This document shows positions 40,373 through 52,385 of a stretch of 64,000 nucleotides of DNA, piece after piece. Under the pieces are notes generated by a model. That model had not been told where the DNA came from and ran no database searches. It saw only the letters and a list, made by a program, of their open reading frames with translations. How positions within the stretch are numbered: position 1 is the stretch's first letter; each line of letters opens with the position of its first letter. The DNA lies in assembly GCF_964204645.1 (NCBI RefSeq), contig NC_134028.1, positions 22,068,345-22,132,344 of the forward strand, given 5' to 3'. This DNA is from Tubulanus polymorphus. Lineage: Eukaryota; Animalia; Nemertea. The translations under genes and the position numbers were made by a program.

Positions 40373-41011
40373 GTGGGTTCGGGGCGCGGGTCGTTGTGAA
40401 ATGTTGTTGACTTAGTTGTTGATCATTGAACGGTTGCAGCACTGATTGACGCCTTTGCGATCAAAGCACAGACACAGAGAGCGGGAGAGAGACAGGGAAT
40501 GCTCCCTTCACCGAGTGTGAAATATATTCCCGTATAAAATCAGAGTGAGAGTGGAGCCGAGTGAGTCCCTTTTGCGCGGCTCAATCGATCATCAACGCGA
40601 GATCGTCGTGATTGTTAATGCCTTATGTTGTAAAGCCGAATGTCTTATGTTGTAAAGCCGAGTATTGCCGTCGCGACTCGGGTATAACGGATAAGCCTAA
40701 CGGCCCCTGCTACTGGATGATTCCCTCGTATGTCATTTTGTGTCATCTCTCTCTCTCTCCCGATTTGACATTATGTGTTACTGATTGTCTTTCCCTCTCG
40801 TGTTGAGAATCATTGTTTCCTGGTAGAAATGATCGACACTTCGTGTTATCGGAAATTACAGGGTATATATTACCATGATCATCGATAGCCAAATTCGAAT
40901 CCGCGCACTACCTAGATCCGTGCTGTACGTGTCGTATTGATCAGTTCGGTGTTCTTCCAGTGGCGTTAAAACTACGAGAGTAAAACCATAAAAAAGCTAA
41001 AGCTAAAAACA

Positions 41012-41143
<132 letters not shown>

Positions 41144-42420
41144 TCCAACTTGAAGTTCGATTTCCGATTTCAAAATCGAATCTCTGCCTCATAACCGACG
41201 GGTGTGACTGGTGGATTTGCAAGGGATACCAAACCAAATCAATGAACAGAATAAGAAAGGCAATTTCCCTATTTCTGGATAAGAATAAAGACCAATATTT
41301 ACAAATTTTTGGCGAAATCTATTTACGATTGAAACCAAAGACCCGACTGATTTATCCGTTTTACTTTAGGAGTTGTGTAAGGGTATTGTATTGTATTATT
41401 ATTGGGGGTAAAAAGTAATGTTTTCCAGCTTTGTGCAAATGCCATTTTATTATTATAGAGCATTATATATCACTTTATGCTACAAAAAAAACATGTTTTG
41501 TGATGACGTTATAAGTTTCCATGGCTGTTTTAACGGGTTTATTGAAAGATCTTACACGTAACATTTTGCGCCAAAGTGACAACTGACGTTTAATTAGAGA
41601 GGCGTGTTGATCTTACTGTCGCCGAATTGTCAGAAAGTTATCTGCGTGTTTACTCACTATTTCCATTATTAGATTCAACAGTAGTAGCAGCAGCATCAGC
41701 AGCAGCAGCGGCAGCGGCAGCAGCAGCAACGGCAGTGGCGGCGAGTGTCACTGTCAAACGTTTCACGTATATGAATCACGTAAACGGGAAACACGTTGTT
41801 TTTTCAATACAATATTTACTGTTTGGTGTTGACCCGCAATACGGGATAAACCGAAATAATGGTTAACGTGCTTCTCCGATTGTCCCGCAGTTACTACTTC
41901 CAAAATAGATATCGATCGTCATTTGCATATAGTAAAATTATAGCCTGGTTTTCAAGAACTTCTCCAGTTGCGCGAAAACCGCCGTGAGCGGTCTCATGTT
42001 CCGGTGATAACAAAGATATTGCATGCAATAGCTGGAAATAGCTGTAGCACTGGGGCCCAGATCGTGAAAATTTCAACGCTTTTTGAAGTTATTCGGCGTT
42101 ATTCACGAGCGGTAGCAGGAAATACTTGCGGGAAACCACTCATGAAAACCAGACTTTGGTAAAAGTCTCCGTGTGGAAGCCTATGATGGGCTTCCACATG
42201 CGACCACGGTTCATAGGCCAATCAATCCGTGGAAATAATTTATTGTTTTAGTTGAAAATGCAACATCGAAAATAATTAAGACTTATTTAAGACAATAACT
42301 TAGTTTTAATTTATAAGTATTAGCACCATTCATGAAAAATTTACAAAAGAAAAATAGAATAGTATTTACAAATTCTCTTTTTGTTCTTTTCGTAGTTTTT
42401 TTAATCGCTTCGGTTTGTTT

Positions 42421-43464
42421 TTACCAAGGTCTCCACACGTTTTCTGTAACCGCTTGTTGATTAATGACCTCTACCGGACACCTTTTAGCTGGCATCGCTA
42501 GAGGCGCTGCGATCGCGGTCACCATATTTCGAGGTTCCCCGGATGAAGTCGACGGTTGTGCCATCTGATGGGAGTTATTGTAAAATGCTGCGGCCGGTGA
42601 GTTATTAAGTCCGCAGTATACGCTCAAGTTGCCGGATGAGGTTGGCGACGATGCGCTAAAACGGGAAGTATAATAAGCACCACCTGGTGTCGTTGGTTGT
42701 GATCTGTAACTTCTAGAAACGAGTGCGGGATTTGTCGTTGAATGTGATGATGAAACTGCATAAGCGAATGGTACGGTGTGATGTCGAGGCTGAGGCTGCT
42801 GCTGCTGCAGGTGCGTGTTCCTAACGTTCCCGATTCGATTCGATAAATGCTCTAGAACACGCGGTCGAAGTTCCGGATCAGCGCCGTCTATCGTCATCAA
42901 GTAATTGCTGACTTCACTGACGCATTCGCTGAATCCGATTTGATATTTGTTGATGTCGTTTGGATTCATGGCTACAAAAAAAACAGATAACGTTTTTTTC
43001 GATTAGACCTCAAATAGTGGTTTGGATTACGATGTTTTTTCGTATTTAGACGGAATGTTTCTGATGATATTTACCTCGTTGTAATTGAGAAATGTTCGAT
43101 TTCAAATGTGAAACGGTTAATTCGAGAATATCTGCTTTTTCAAGTTTGTAATCACGAGGAATCTGAAAGAACAATTAAAATTATTCAAATTATTCATCTT
43201 AGTTAAATTTGAAAAAAAGGGAATCCTATATTATCACTAATTTTTCCGGTTAAATATTGTCATCTTTTTAGCCTTCTTTTAACTGATAAATCAAACTGCT
43301 TTTTGATTTCTAATTACCTGTTTGCCGATGACAACTTCGAGAAGTGTTTTCAATTCGTTCAGACTGGAATTGATTCTGGATCGCCTTTTTTTCTCGATAA
43401 GCGGTTTCATTATTCGACGGTCGTTGGCCTTCCTCGGCGGACTAGCGATTTCTGGTCGAGTCAT
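42421..43464 (-). CDS. HES/hairy-E(spl) family bHLH-Orange repressor, copy 1 (261 aa); exons 43464-43318, 43162-43075, 42971-42421
   Basis: Basic region with the diagnostic proline (RRIMKPLIEKKRRSRIN), helix 2 KLEKADILELTV, Orange domain YQIGFSECVSEV..L, C-terminal WRPW; GT-AG introns in phases 0 and 1 keep the frame. Confidence 0.95.
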
Positions 43465-43538
43465 ATTGAACGGTCGGAGAGATGTGAACGGTACGAGTTG
43501 CAATAAGAGAATGATGCCAGTAGCTCGACCTGGCCCGG

Positions 43539-43790
43539 TATTTATACCCGTAGCCGCTACAGGTCCTATTGTTCGTTTCAATTGTTATTGTTACCCGGCA
43601 CGCGAGTAGCTCGCTTTCGGCGGCGCGACGTTAGTTGCCACGCGAATTCCACGAGTTGCGCTGTCGAGCTATTGTTTACGACCTTGTATCCGAGGCGGCC
43701 TATAGGCGATATCGGAATACAAGGATTCCGCTTGCGCTTAGGCCAGGTGTGAAACCATCACGGTCGCTATGCCGCTCCACGCGTCGCATT
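43539..43790 (-). promoter_or_regulatory. HES copy 1 proximal promoter: TATAAATA plus class C and N-box sites (repeated in copies 2 and 3)
   Basis: TATA at 43539-43546 (minus); CACGCG at 43599, 43639, 43778; CACGAG at 43650. Confidence 0.7.
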
Positions 43791-44808
43791 CTATTGATCT
43801 GTAAACACTAATGACCAGTGATAAAGAAACGCTTTCTTTATTTCTAAATTGATGATACCTATTAATTTGCCCAATAAGCCTATGACTTTTCTAATTCCCT
43901 ATGTTATTTTGATAATATCAGCTTACATGCACACACGTCGAGGATAGAATTGTCTCAAAGCTACAAAAGAAAATATCAATGAACTTTTTACTGGACCAGT
44001 GGTGTAGATTGAAACATTCTACATAGCCGTTGTCAAACAGTGGCTTCGCGGTCGCGTTCCGAATTGAGTTCATATTTAGTTATGCTCGCTTACGTCACAG
44101 TTGATTAGAGTAGTAGTTCGTAGAACCATGGAATTTACCGCACTGATGAAGAAAAACCACAAACCTGTGCTCAAAAACGATATCAAAAGATTTTAAGAAG
44201 AAATCTTGCTACCAAAACCATATACCATATCTTGAAAACATCTTGAATCACAATCGTAATTTGCTGGATTTTTACAACGAATTTAACAAAAATATTGGAC
44301 ATGAAATCATGAAACACGGGCCTCGTTAATGTAATGGATGAACTTGTCTCATGTTGAATACTTCACAGGATCAATTTAATAGCAATTTTAAAAAGAAAAA
44401 TCAAACAATTTTTTCCGATTGAGTCTGACTGTTCGAGAGTTTGTGTTTGGTGTAAAAATTAAATGACTGATTTGACCGTTTTACTTTTGGAGTTTTGTAT
44501 GAGTATTGCATTCTATTGTATTATTTGCGTAAAAAGTCACATTATCCAGCTCTGTAATTTGCCATTTTATTATTTGGGAGCAATAGATGTCACTTCATAC
44601 TAAAATCCTGTCTAGTGATGACGCATTGAGTTTCATGGCTGTTTTGAAGGATTTGTTGAAAGATTTTATATGTGACATTTTTTGCAAAGCTGATAACTGA
44701 CGCTTGAGGCGTGTTGATCTTTACCGCCGGATTGTCAGAAAGTTCGGCGTGTTTACTTGCTATTTGCATTGTTATATTCAACAGCAGCAGTAACAGCAGT
44801 AGTAGAGT

Positions 44809-44858
<50 letters not shown>

Positions 44859-45632
44859 TGTTGGCGAGTGCCACTGTCAAACGTCTCACGTATGAATCAC
44901 GTAAACGGGAAACACGTTGTTTCTTCAACTATAATATTTACTGTGTGATGTTGACCCGCAATTCGTGAAATAAACCAACATAGTGGTTGACGAATATCTC
45001 GGATTGTCGCGCAGTTACTATTTCCAAATAAGAGTGGATAGATTCGATGTAGTCATTACATGCACAAGACTGAAGCCTGAGCTCGGTTTTATAGACATGT
45101 ATACCTTTAATGCGGGGCTAACTCGAATCATTTTCTATTGACTTAGCCCCCGCTTTAGATATGAAACCAGTCTGAAAAAACCTGGCCCAGGTTTTGTCGA
45201 ACTTTTTCCAATGACGTGAAAACCACCCTCAGCAGTTTCCTGCTCCGTAGACAAAAACGCCATTGCATGCAATAGCTGGCAATTACGCTATCATTGTGGA
45301 CGTTTTTTGGGGGGCAGAGCAGGATAGAAAATTTTAGTGTTTCTCCATTTTATTAGGCGTATTCACCAGCGGTTTGCAGCAGGAAGAGCTAACCTGGAAA
45401 CCACTCATGAAAACCAGCCTTTCTACTGCGGGTGACCGGCCAATTAATTGATAGAAAGGAACAACGAAGAATAATTTAGGATTTATGTGAGAAAATAAAA
45501 CAGAGTTTATTAATGATTTAAAAGAGTATTAGCACCATTTGTGATAAATTTACAGTAGCAGAAAATAGTTATACTACACAGAAATTCTTTTTGTTCTTTT
45601 AAGAGTTCCTTTTTAATTGCTGTGGTTTGTTT

Positions 45633-46675
45633 TTACCAAGGTCTCCACACGTTTTCTGTAACCGCTTGTTGATGAATGACCTCTACTGGACACCTTTTCG
45701 CCGGCATCGCTAGGGGCGCTGCGATCGCGGTCACCATATTTCGAAGTTCCCCGGATGAAGTCGACGGTTGTGCCATCTGATGGGAGTTATTGAAAGATGC
45801 TGCAGCCGGTGAGTTATTAAGTCCGCGGTATCCACTGAAGTTGCCAGATGAGGTGGGCGACGATGCGCTAAAAACGGATGAATAATTAGCGCCACCTGGT
45901 GGTGATCTGTAACTTCTAGAAACGAGTGCGGGATTTATCGTTGAATGTGATGATGAAACTGTATAACCGAATGGTACGGTGTGATGTCGTGGCTGAGGCT
46001 GCTGCTGCTGCTGCTGCTGCAGGTGCGTGTTCCTAACGTTCCCGATTCGATTCGATAAATGCTCTAGAACACGCGGTCGAAGTTCCGGATCAGCGCCGTC
46101 TATCGTCATCAAGTAATTGCTGACTTCACTGACGCATTCGCTGAATCCGATTTGATATTTGTTGATGTCGTTTGGATTCATGGCTACAAAAAAACAGATA
46201 ACGTATTTTTCGATTAGACCTCAAATAGTTGTTTGGATTACGATGTTTTTTCGTATTTAGACGGAATGTTTCTGATGATATTTACCTCGTTGTAATTGAG
46301 AAATGTTCGATTTCAAATGTGAAACGGTTAATTCGAGAATATCTGCTTTTTCAAGTTTGTAATCACGAGGAATCTGTAAGAACAATTAAAATTATTCAAA
46401 TTATTCATCTTAGTTAAATTTGAAAAAAAGGGAATCATATATTATCACTAATTTTTCCGGTTAAATATTGTCATCTTTTTAGCCTACTTTTAACTAATAA
46501 ATCAAACTGCTATTTGATTTCTAATTACCTGTTTGCCGATGACAACTTCGAGAAGTGTTTTCAATTCGTTCAGACTGGAATTGATTCTGGATCGCCTTTT
46601 TTTCTCGATAAGCGGTTTCATTATTCGACGGTCGTTGGCCTTCCTCGGCGGACTAGCGATATCTGGTCGAGTCAT
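45633..46675 (-). CDS. HES/hairy-E(spl) family bHLH-Orange repressor, copy 2 (261 aa); exons 46675-46529, 46373-46286, 46183-45633
   Basis: Same structure as copy 1; intact splice sites and WRPW. Confidence 0.95.
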
Positions 46676-48812
46676 ATTGAACGGTCGGAGAGATGTGAAC
46701 GGTACGAGTTGCAAAGAGAGAATGATGCCAGTAGCTCGACCTGGCCCGGTATTTATACCCGTAGCCGCTATAGGTCCTATTGTTCGTTTCAATTGTTATT
46801 GTTACCCGGCACGCGAGTAGCTCGCTTTCGGCGGCGCGTCGTTAGTTGCCACGCGAATTCCACGAGTTGCGCTGTGTCGAGCTATTGTTTACGACCTTGT
46901 ATCCGAGGCGGCCTATAGGTGCTATCGGAAAACAAGGATTCCGCTTGCGCTTAGGCCAGTTGTGAAACCATCACGGTCGCTATGCCGCTCCACGCGTCGC
47001 ACTCTATTGATCTGTAAACACTAATGACCAGCGATAAAGAAACGCTTTCGTTATTTCTAAATTGATGATACCTATTAATTTGCCCAATAAGCCTATGACT
47101 TTTCCAATTCCCTATGTTATTTTGATAATATCAGCTTACATACACACACGTCGAGGATAGAATTAATTGTCTCAAAGCTACAAAAGAAAATATCAATGGA
47201 CTTTGTACTGGACCAGTGGTGTAGATTGAAACATTCTACACAGCTGTTGTCAAACAGTGGCTTCGCGGTCGCGTTCCGAATTAAGTTCATATTTAATTAT
47301 GCTCGCTTACGTCACAGTTGATTAGAGTAGAAATTCGTAGAACCATGGAATTTGCCGCACTGATGAAAAAAAACGCAAACCTGTGAACAAAAAAACGATA
47401 TCAAAAGATTTTAAGAAGAAATCTTGCTACCAAAACCATATACCATATCTTGAAAACATCTTGAATCACAATCGTAATTTGCTGGATTTTTACAACGAAT
47501 TTAACAAAAATATTGGACATGAAATCATGAAACACGGGCCTCGTTAATGTAATGGATGAACTTGTCTCATGTTGAATACTTCACAGGATCAATTTAATAG
47601 CAATTTTAAAAAGAAAAATCAAACAATTTTTTCCGATTGAGTCTGACTGTTCGAGAGTTTGTGTTTGGTGTAAAAATTAAATGACTGATTTGACCGTTTT
47701 ACTTTTGGAGTTTTGTATGAGTATTGCATTCTATTGTATTATTTGCGTAAAAAGTCACATTATCCAGCTCTGTAATTTGCCATTTTATTATTTGGGAGCA
47801 ATAGATGTCACTTAATACTAAAATCCTGTCTAGTGATGACGCGTTGAGTTTCATGGCTGTTTTGAAGGATTTGTTGAAAGATTTTATATGTGACATTTTT
47901 TGCGAAGCTGATAACTGACGCTTGAGGCGTGTTGATCTTTACCGCCGGATTGTCAGAAAGTTCGGCGTGTTTACTTGCTATTTGCATTATTATTTTCAAC
48001 AGCAGCAGTAACAGCAGTAGTAGTAGCAGCAGCAGCAGCAGCGACAGTGTTGGCGAGTGCCACTGTCAAACGTTTCACGTATGAATCACGTAAACGGGAA
48101 ACACGTTGTTTCTTCAACTATGATATTTACTGTGTGATGTTGACCCGCAATTCGTGGAATAAACCAACATAATGGTTGACGAATATCTCGGATTGTCGCG
48201 CAGTTACTATTTCCAAATAGGAGTGGATAGATTCGATGTAGACATTACATGCACAAGACTTAAGCCTGGGCTCGGTTTTATAGAAATGTGTTACCTTTAA
48301 TGCGGAGCTAACTCGAATCATTTTCTATTGACTTAGCCCTCGGATTAAATATGAGACCAGTCTAAAAAATCCTGGCCCAGGTTCTGTCGAACTCTTTCCA
48401 ATGACGTGAAAACCGCCCTCAGCAGTTTCCTGCTCCGTAGACAAAAACGCCAATTGCATGCAATAGCTGGCAATTACGCCATCATTGTGGACGTTTTTGG
48501 GATCAGAAAAGGACAAAGTGTTTCTCCATTTATTAGGAGTCACCAGCGGTTTGCAGCAGGAAGAGCTAACCGGGAAACCACTCATGAAAACCCGCCTTTC
48601 TACTACGGATGACCGGCCAATTAATTGATAAAAAGGAACAACGAAGAATAATTTAGGATTTATGTGAGAAAATAAAACAGTGTTTATTAATGATTTAAAG
48701 AGTATTAGCACCATTTGTGATAAATTTACAGTAGCAGAAAATAGTTATACTATTTACACAGAAATTCCTTTTGTTCTTTTAAGAGTTCCCTTTTAATTGC
48801 TGTGGTTTATTT

Positions 48813-49190
48813 TTACCAAGGTCTCCACACGTTTTCTGTAACCGCTTGTTGATGAATGACCTCTACTGGACACCTTTTCGCCGGCATCGCTAAGGGCGCG
48901 GCGATCGCGGTCATCCTATTTCGAGGTTCACCGGATGAAGTCGACGGTTGTGCCATCTGATGGGAGTTATTGTAAAATGCTGCGGCCGGTGAGTTATTAA
49001 GTCCGTGGTATACGCTGAAGTTGCCAGCTGATGAGGTGGGCGACGATGCGCTAAAAACGGAAGTATAATTAGCGCCACCTGGTAGTGATCTGTAACTTCT
49101 AGAAACGAGTGCGGGATTCGTCGTTGAATGTGATGATGAAACTGCATAAGCGAATGGTACGGTGTGATGTCGTGGCTGTGGCTGAGGCTG

Positions 49191-49242
<52 letters not shown>

Positions 49243-49895
49243 AGGTGCGTGTTCCTAACGTTCCCGATTCGATTCGATAAATGCTCTAGAACACGCGGCC
49301 GAAGTTCCGGATCAGCGCCGTCTATCGTCATCAAGTAATTGCTGACTTCACTGACGCATTCGCTGAATCCGATTTGATATTTGTTGATGTCGTTTGGATT
49401 CATGGCTACAAAAAAAAAGATAACGTATTTTTCGATTAGACCTCAAATAGTTGTTTTGATTACGATTTTTTTCGTATTTAGACGGAATGTTTCTGATGAT
49501 ATTTACCTCGTTGTAATTGAGAAATGTTCGATTTCAAATGTGAGACGGTTAATTCGAGAATATCTGCTTTTTCAAGTTTGTAATCACGAGGAATCTGAAA
49601 GAACAATTAAAATTATTCAAATTATTCATCTCATATAAATTTGAAAAAAGGGAATCATATATTATCACTAATTTTTCCGGTTAAATATTGTCATCTTTTT
49701 AGCCTTCTTTTAACTGATAAATCAAACTGCTTTTTGATTTCTAATTACCTGTTTGCCGATGACAACTTCGAGAAGTGTTTTCAATTCGTTCAGACTGGAA
49801 TTGATTCTGGATCGCCTTTTTTTCTCGATAAGCGGTTTCATTATTCGACGGTCGTTGGCCTTCCTCGGCGGACTAGCGATTTCTGGTCGAGTCAT
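48813..49895 (-). CDS. HES/hairy-E(spl) family bHLH-Orange repressor, copy 3 (275 aa); exons 49895-49749, 49594-49507, 49405-48813
   Basis: Same structure; expanded polyQ; intact WRPW. Confidence 0.95.
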
Positions 49896-51177
49896 ATTGA
49901 ACGGTCGGAGAGATGTGAACGGTACGAATTGCAAAGAGAGAATGATGCCAGTAGCTCGACCTGGCCCGGTATTTATACCCGTAGTCGCGGCTATAGGTCC
50001 TATCGTTCGTTTCAATTGTTATTGTTACCCGGCACGCGAGTAGCTCGCTTTCGGCGGCGCGGCGTCAGTTGCCACGCGAATTCCACGAGTTGCGCTGTCG
50101 AGCTATTGTTTACGACCTTGTATCCGAGGCGGCCTATAGGCGCTATCGGAAAACAAGGATTCCGCTTGCGCTTAGGCCAGGTGTGAAACCATCACGGTCG
50201 CTATGCCGCTCCACGCGTCGCATTCTACTTTGATATTTTTACAATCATCGGTGCAGTTATACCGTATCCAAGACTTTCACAACTTTTTCCCTGATGATAT
50301 GAACAAATATTTGCGTTTCGAGCACGGGTGTAGGCCTAAAACGTGTTAAGCCAAATTCACCATTGTCGGGAAACCTTTATTTATAGTGAAAAGCGAAAAG
50401 AAAACTAGATTCATCATCTTAAGATCAAAATCATCATCAGGTATAATAAAATTCTCAAGCAATTCAATTGGGGACTAAAAATGATGATCACACCTATATG
50501 TTTTAGTAAGTAAATCACTTTTGATTCGTATTAGAAATGTTATCATACTAAATTAGGCTAATTGGAACGGCAATTAACTAGTTAAGAATGTTCACTGAAA
50601 TAGTTACATTTCAAAAGTTTTGCATGCTTTGTAATGAAAATTTCGTCGCCAAATGGATCGTCTTCGCTTAACTGTATATTCATTTGATTTATTCTTAAAC
50701 ATTGATTTGTTGAAATCCCGCCGTTAGTAGCGAATCTAGCAATCGTAATTGATTTGATGAAAACGAATGGCACGCGAACCGATTAAGAGTATTGTATATA
50801 ATAGCGTTTGGGTTGCCAAGCCGCACGCTCTGGGCTATTGTTCTCTCGGCTGACTATCGGAATGCGGTCTATTCCGGTGGCAATCGACCAGGTGTTTAAT
50901 CCACTCAGCTAGTATCCGAGAGGCCCGCAACGACGCCTCACGCTTTACTTAAAATAAAAGAGAAAGATGGTTTTAATGCGTGTTCCACGGCAAAATATGA
51001 GATTCTAGGTAAACTAGATCGGGTGGTCGGTCGTTCTGTCGGGAAATGTCCATCAAATAATTCGTAATTTTACCAATAATTCGTACGGTAGTGGACTCTA
51101 ATTCGTTTTAGAGTCAATGGTCGTAGTAACGACATCTGGCGGCTGGTGAAAATGATTGTTGGGCCCTTCAGCAGATT

Positions 51178-51338
51178 AAGAAAATCAAGGAATTCCCGAT
51201 TTATTTCTTATTGCGCAGTGAAAAATACGTAAAGAAATCTTGGCTGCGTTAGTTTGAAGATCGCTAACGCAGCCAAGATTTCTTTACGTATTTTTCACTG
51301 CGCAACAAGAAATAAATCGGGAATTCCTTGATTTTCTT
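51178..51338. repeat. Near-perfect inverted repeat, 75-bp arms with an 11-nt loop
   Basis: Arms 51178-51252 and 51264-51338 differ at a single position. Confidence 0.95.
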
Positions 51339-51909
51339 GATTCCATTGAGCTTTGCAAGGCGCAGGAAAAACGCGCTACAATATTTGTAATTTTTCTTTC
51401 TCGTTTTTGAATTGTTATTTTTCTCCTGATTTTCAAGTTCTGCTTTTCCGTGAAATAAATATCATTTTGACCAGGTGACCAGCTCTGACCAATCAGTTCC
51501 ATTGCTTTCGGGCGCCTGTTTCAACGCTGCAAGAATGAGTAGAAGTAATTTTGGGTTCGAAGCCCGCGGGATTCAAGTTAGACACAGGCACTGTTGCGCA
51601 ACTGCGCGCTCTAGACCTTTAGTCATCATATGCTACATGAAAACAAAATAATACACACTGATGTTGTTTATAATTAAAACAATTAATATATTCACTACAT
51701 AATAATCGGTTTACATATACAACAATTGCATAATGGCCACATTTTTAAGTTACGGATATTCAGTGAAATAATTAAGTGGGATTCTACGTAAATTATTTCT
51801 CCAAGGAGACAGGAATGCCATGTACATCGTCGGCATGTACGTACATGTATATGTATGTATGGCTTTGTGTACATGATGGCAGAGTCTCAAGATGCGATCC
51901 GGTTCGAAT

Positions 51910-52070
51910 CAGGGGTCATTCATTTATTACGCACGCATAAAATTTGAATTTTTCAACCACCCTCCCCTCTGTATGCAAAATCAGCCATTCTTTCATATAC
52001 ATTAAGCATTACAGTACGCAATTTCACTGACTCCTCCCCTAATACGTACGTAATAAATGAATGACCCCTG
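51910..52070. mobile_element. MITE with GGGGTCATTCATTTATTACG TIRs; second copy at 55712-55857
   Basis: ~25-bp TIRs and a shared internal sequence in both copies. Confidence 0.85.
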
Positions 52071-52385
52071 ACACAGCGCTAGGGGATTGCATTGAGGAAT
52101 TCGAACCTGATGGCATCGAGATTGCCACGGTTTGTGCCATGGCTGAGCGTAGCGATCCTATCGGGTTCGAATCACAGCGCTAGCGGAGTGGTACGTACTA
52201 CCATGGAGGTATAAACTAGCTTATACGTCCATGGTACTACTGAGAACATCAGTCGTGTATCTAACAATCGTGTATTTAACTGGCTGCAGCACATTCCATC
52301 TAAACGGTAACAAATAACGTGTCCGATGTGATAGAAGATGACGACATGATGTAAGTTAGTGAGTTGATGTGAGACGCCTTGTTCA

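Larger units (their letters stand above)
41340..50228. repeat. Tandem triplication of a ~3.2-kb unit, each carrying one HES gene
   Basis: Stop codons at 42421, 45633 and 48813 (periods 3212 and 3180). Homologous flank starts (GACTGATTT..CCGTTTTACTTT) at ~41345, ~44465, ~47683. Homology ends at ~50228. Confidence 0.95.

Noticed and set aside
43465-43581. N-terminal extension MKRTIGP... of the HES exon 1 ORFs (also copies 2 and 3)
   Set aside because: Begins at a non-ATG codon and spans the TATA box; the first ATG is at 43464 (46675, 49895).
49641-50186. Plus-strand ORFs overlapping HES exon 1 in each copy
   Set aside because: Antisense shadows; their recurrence is explained by the triplication.
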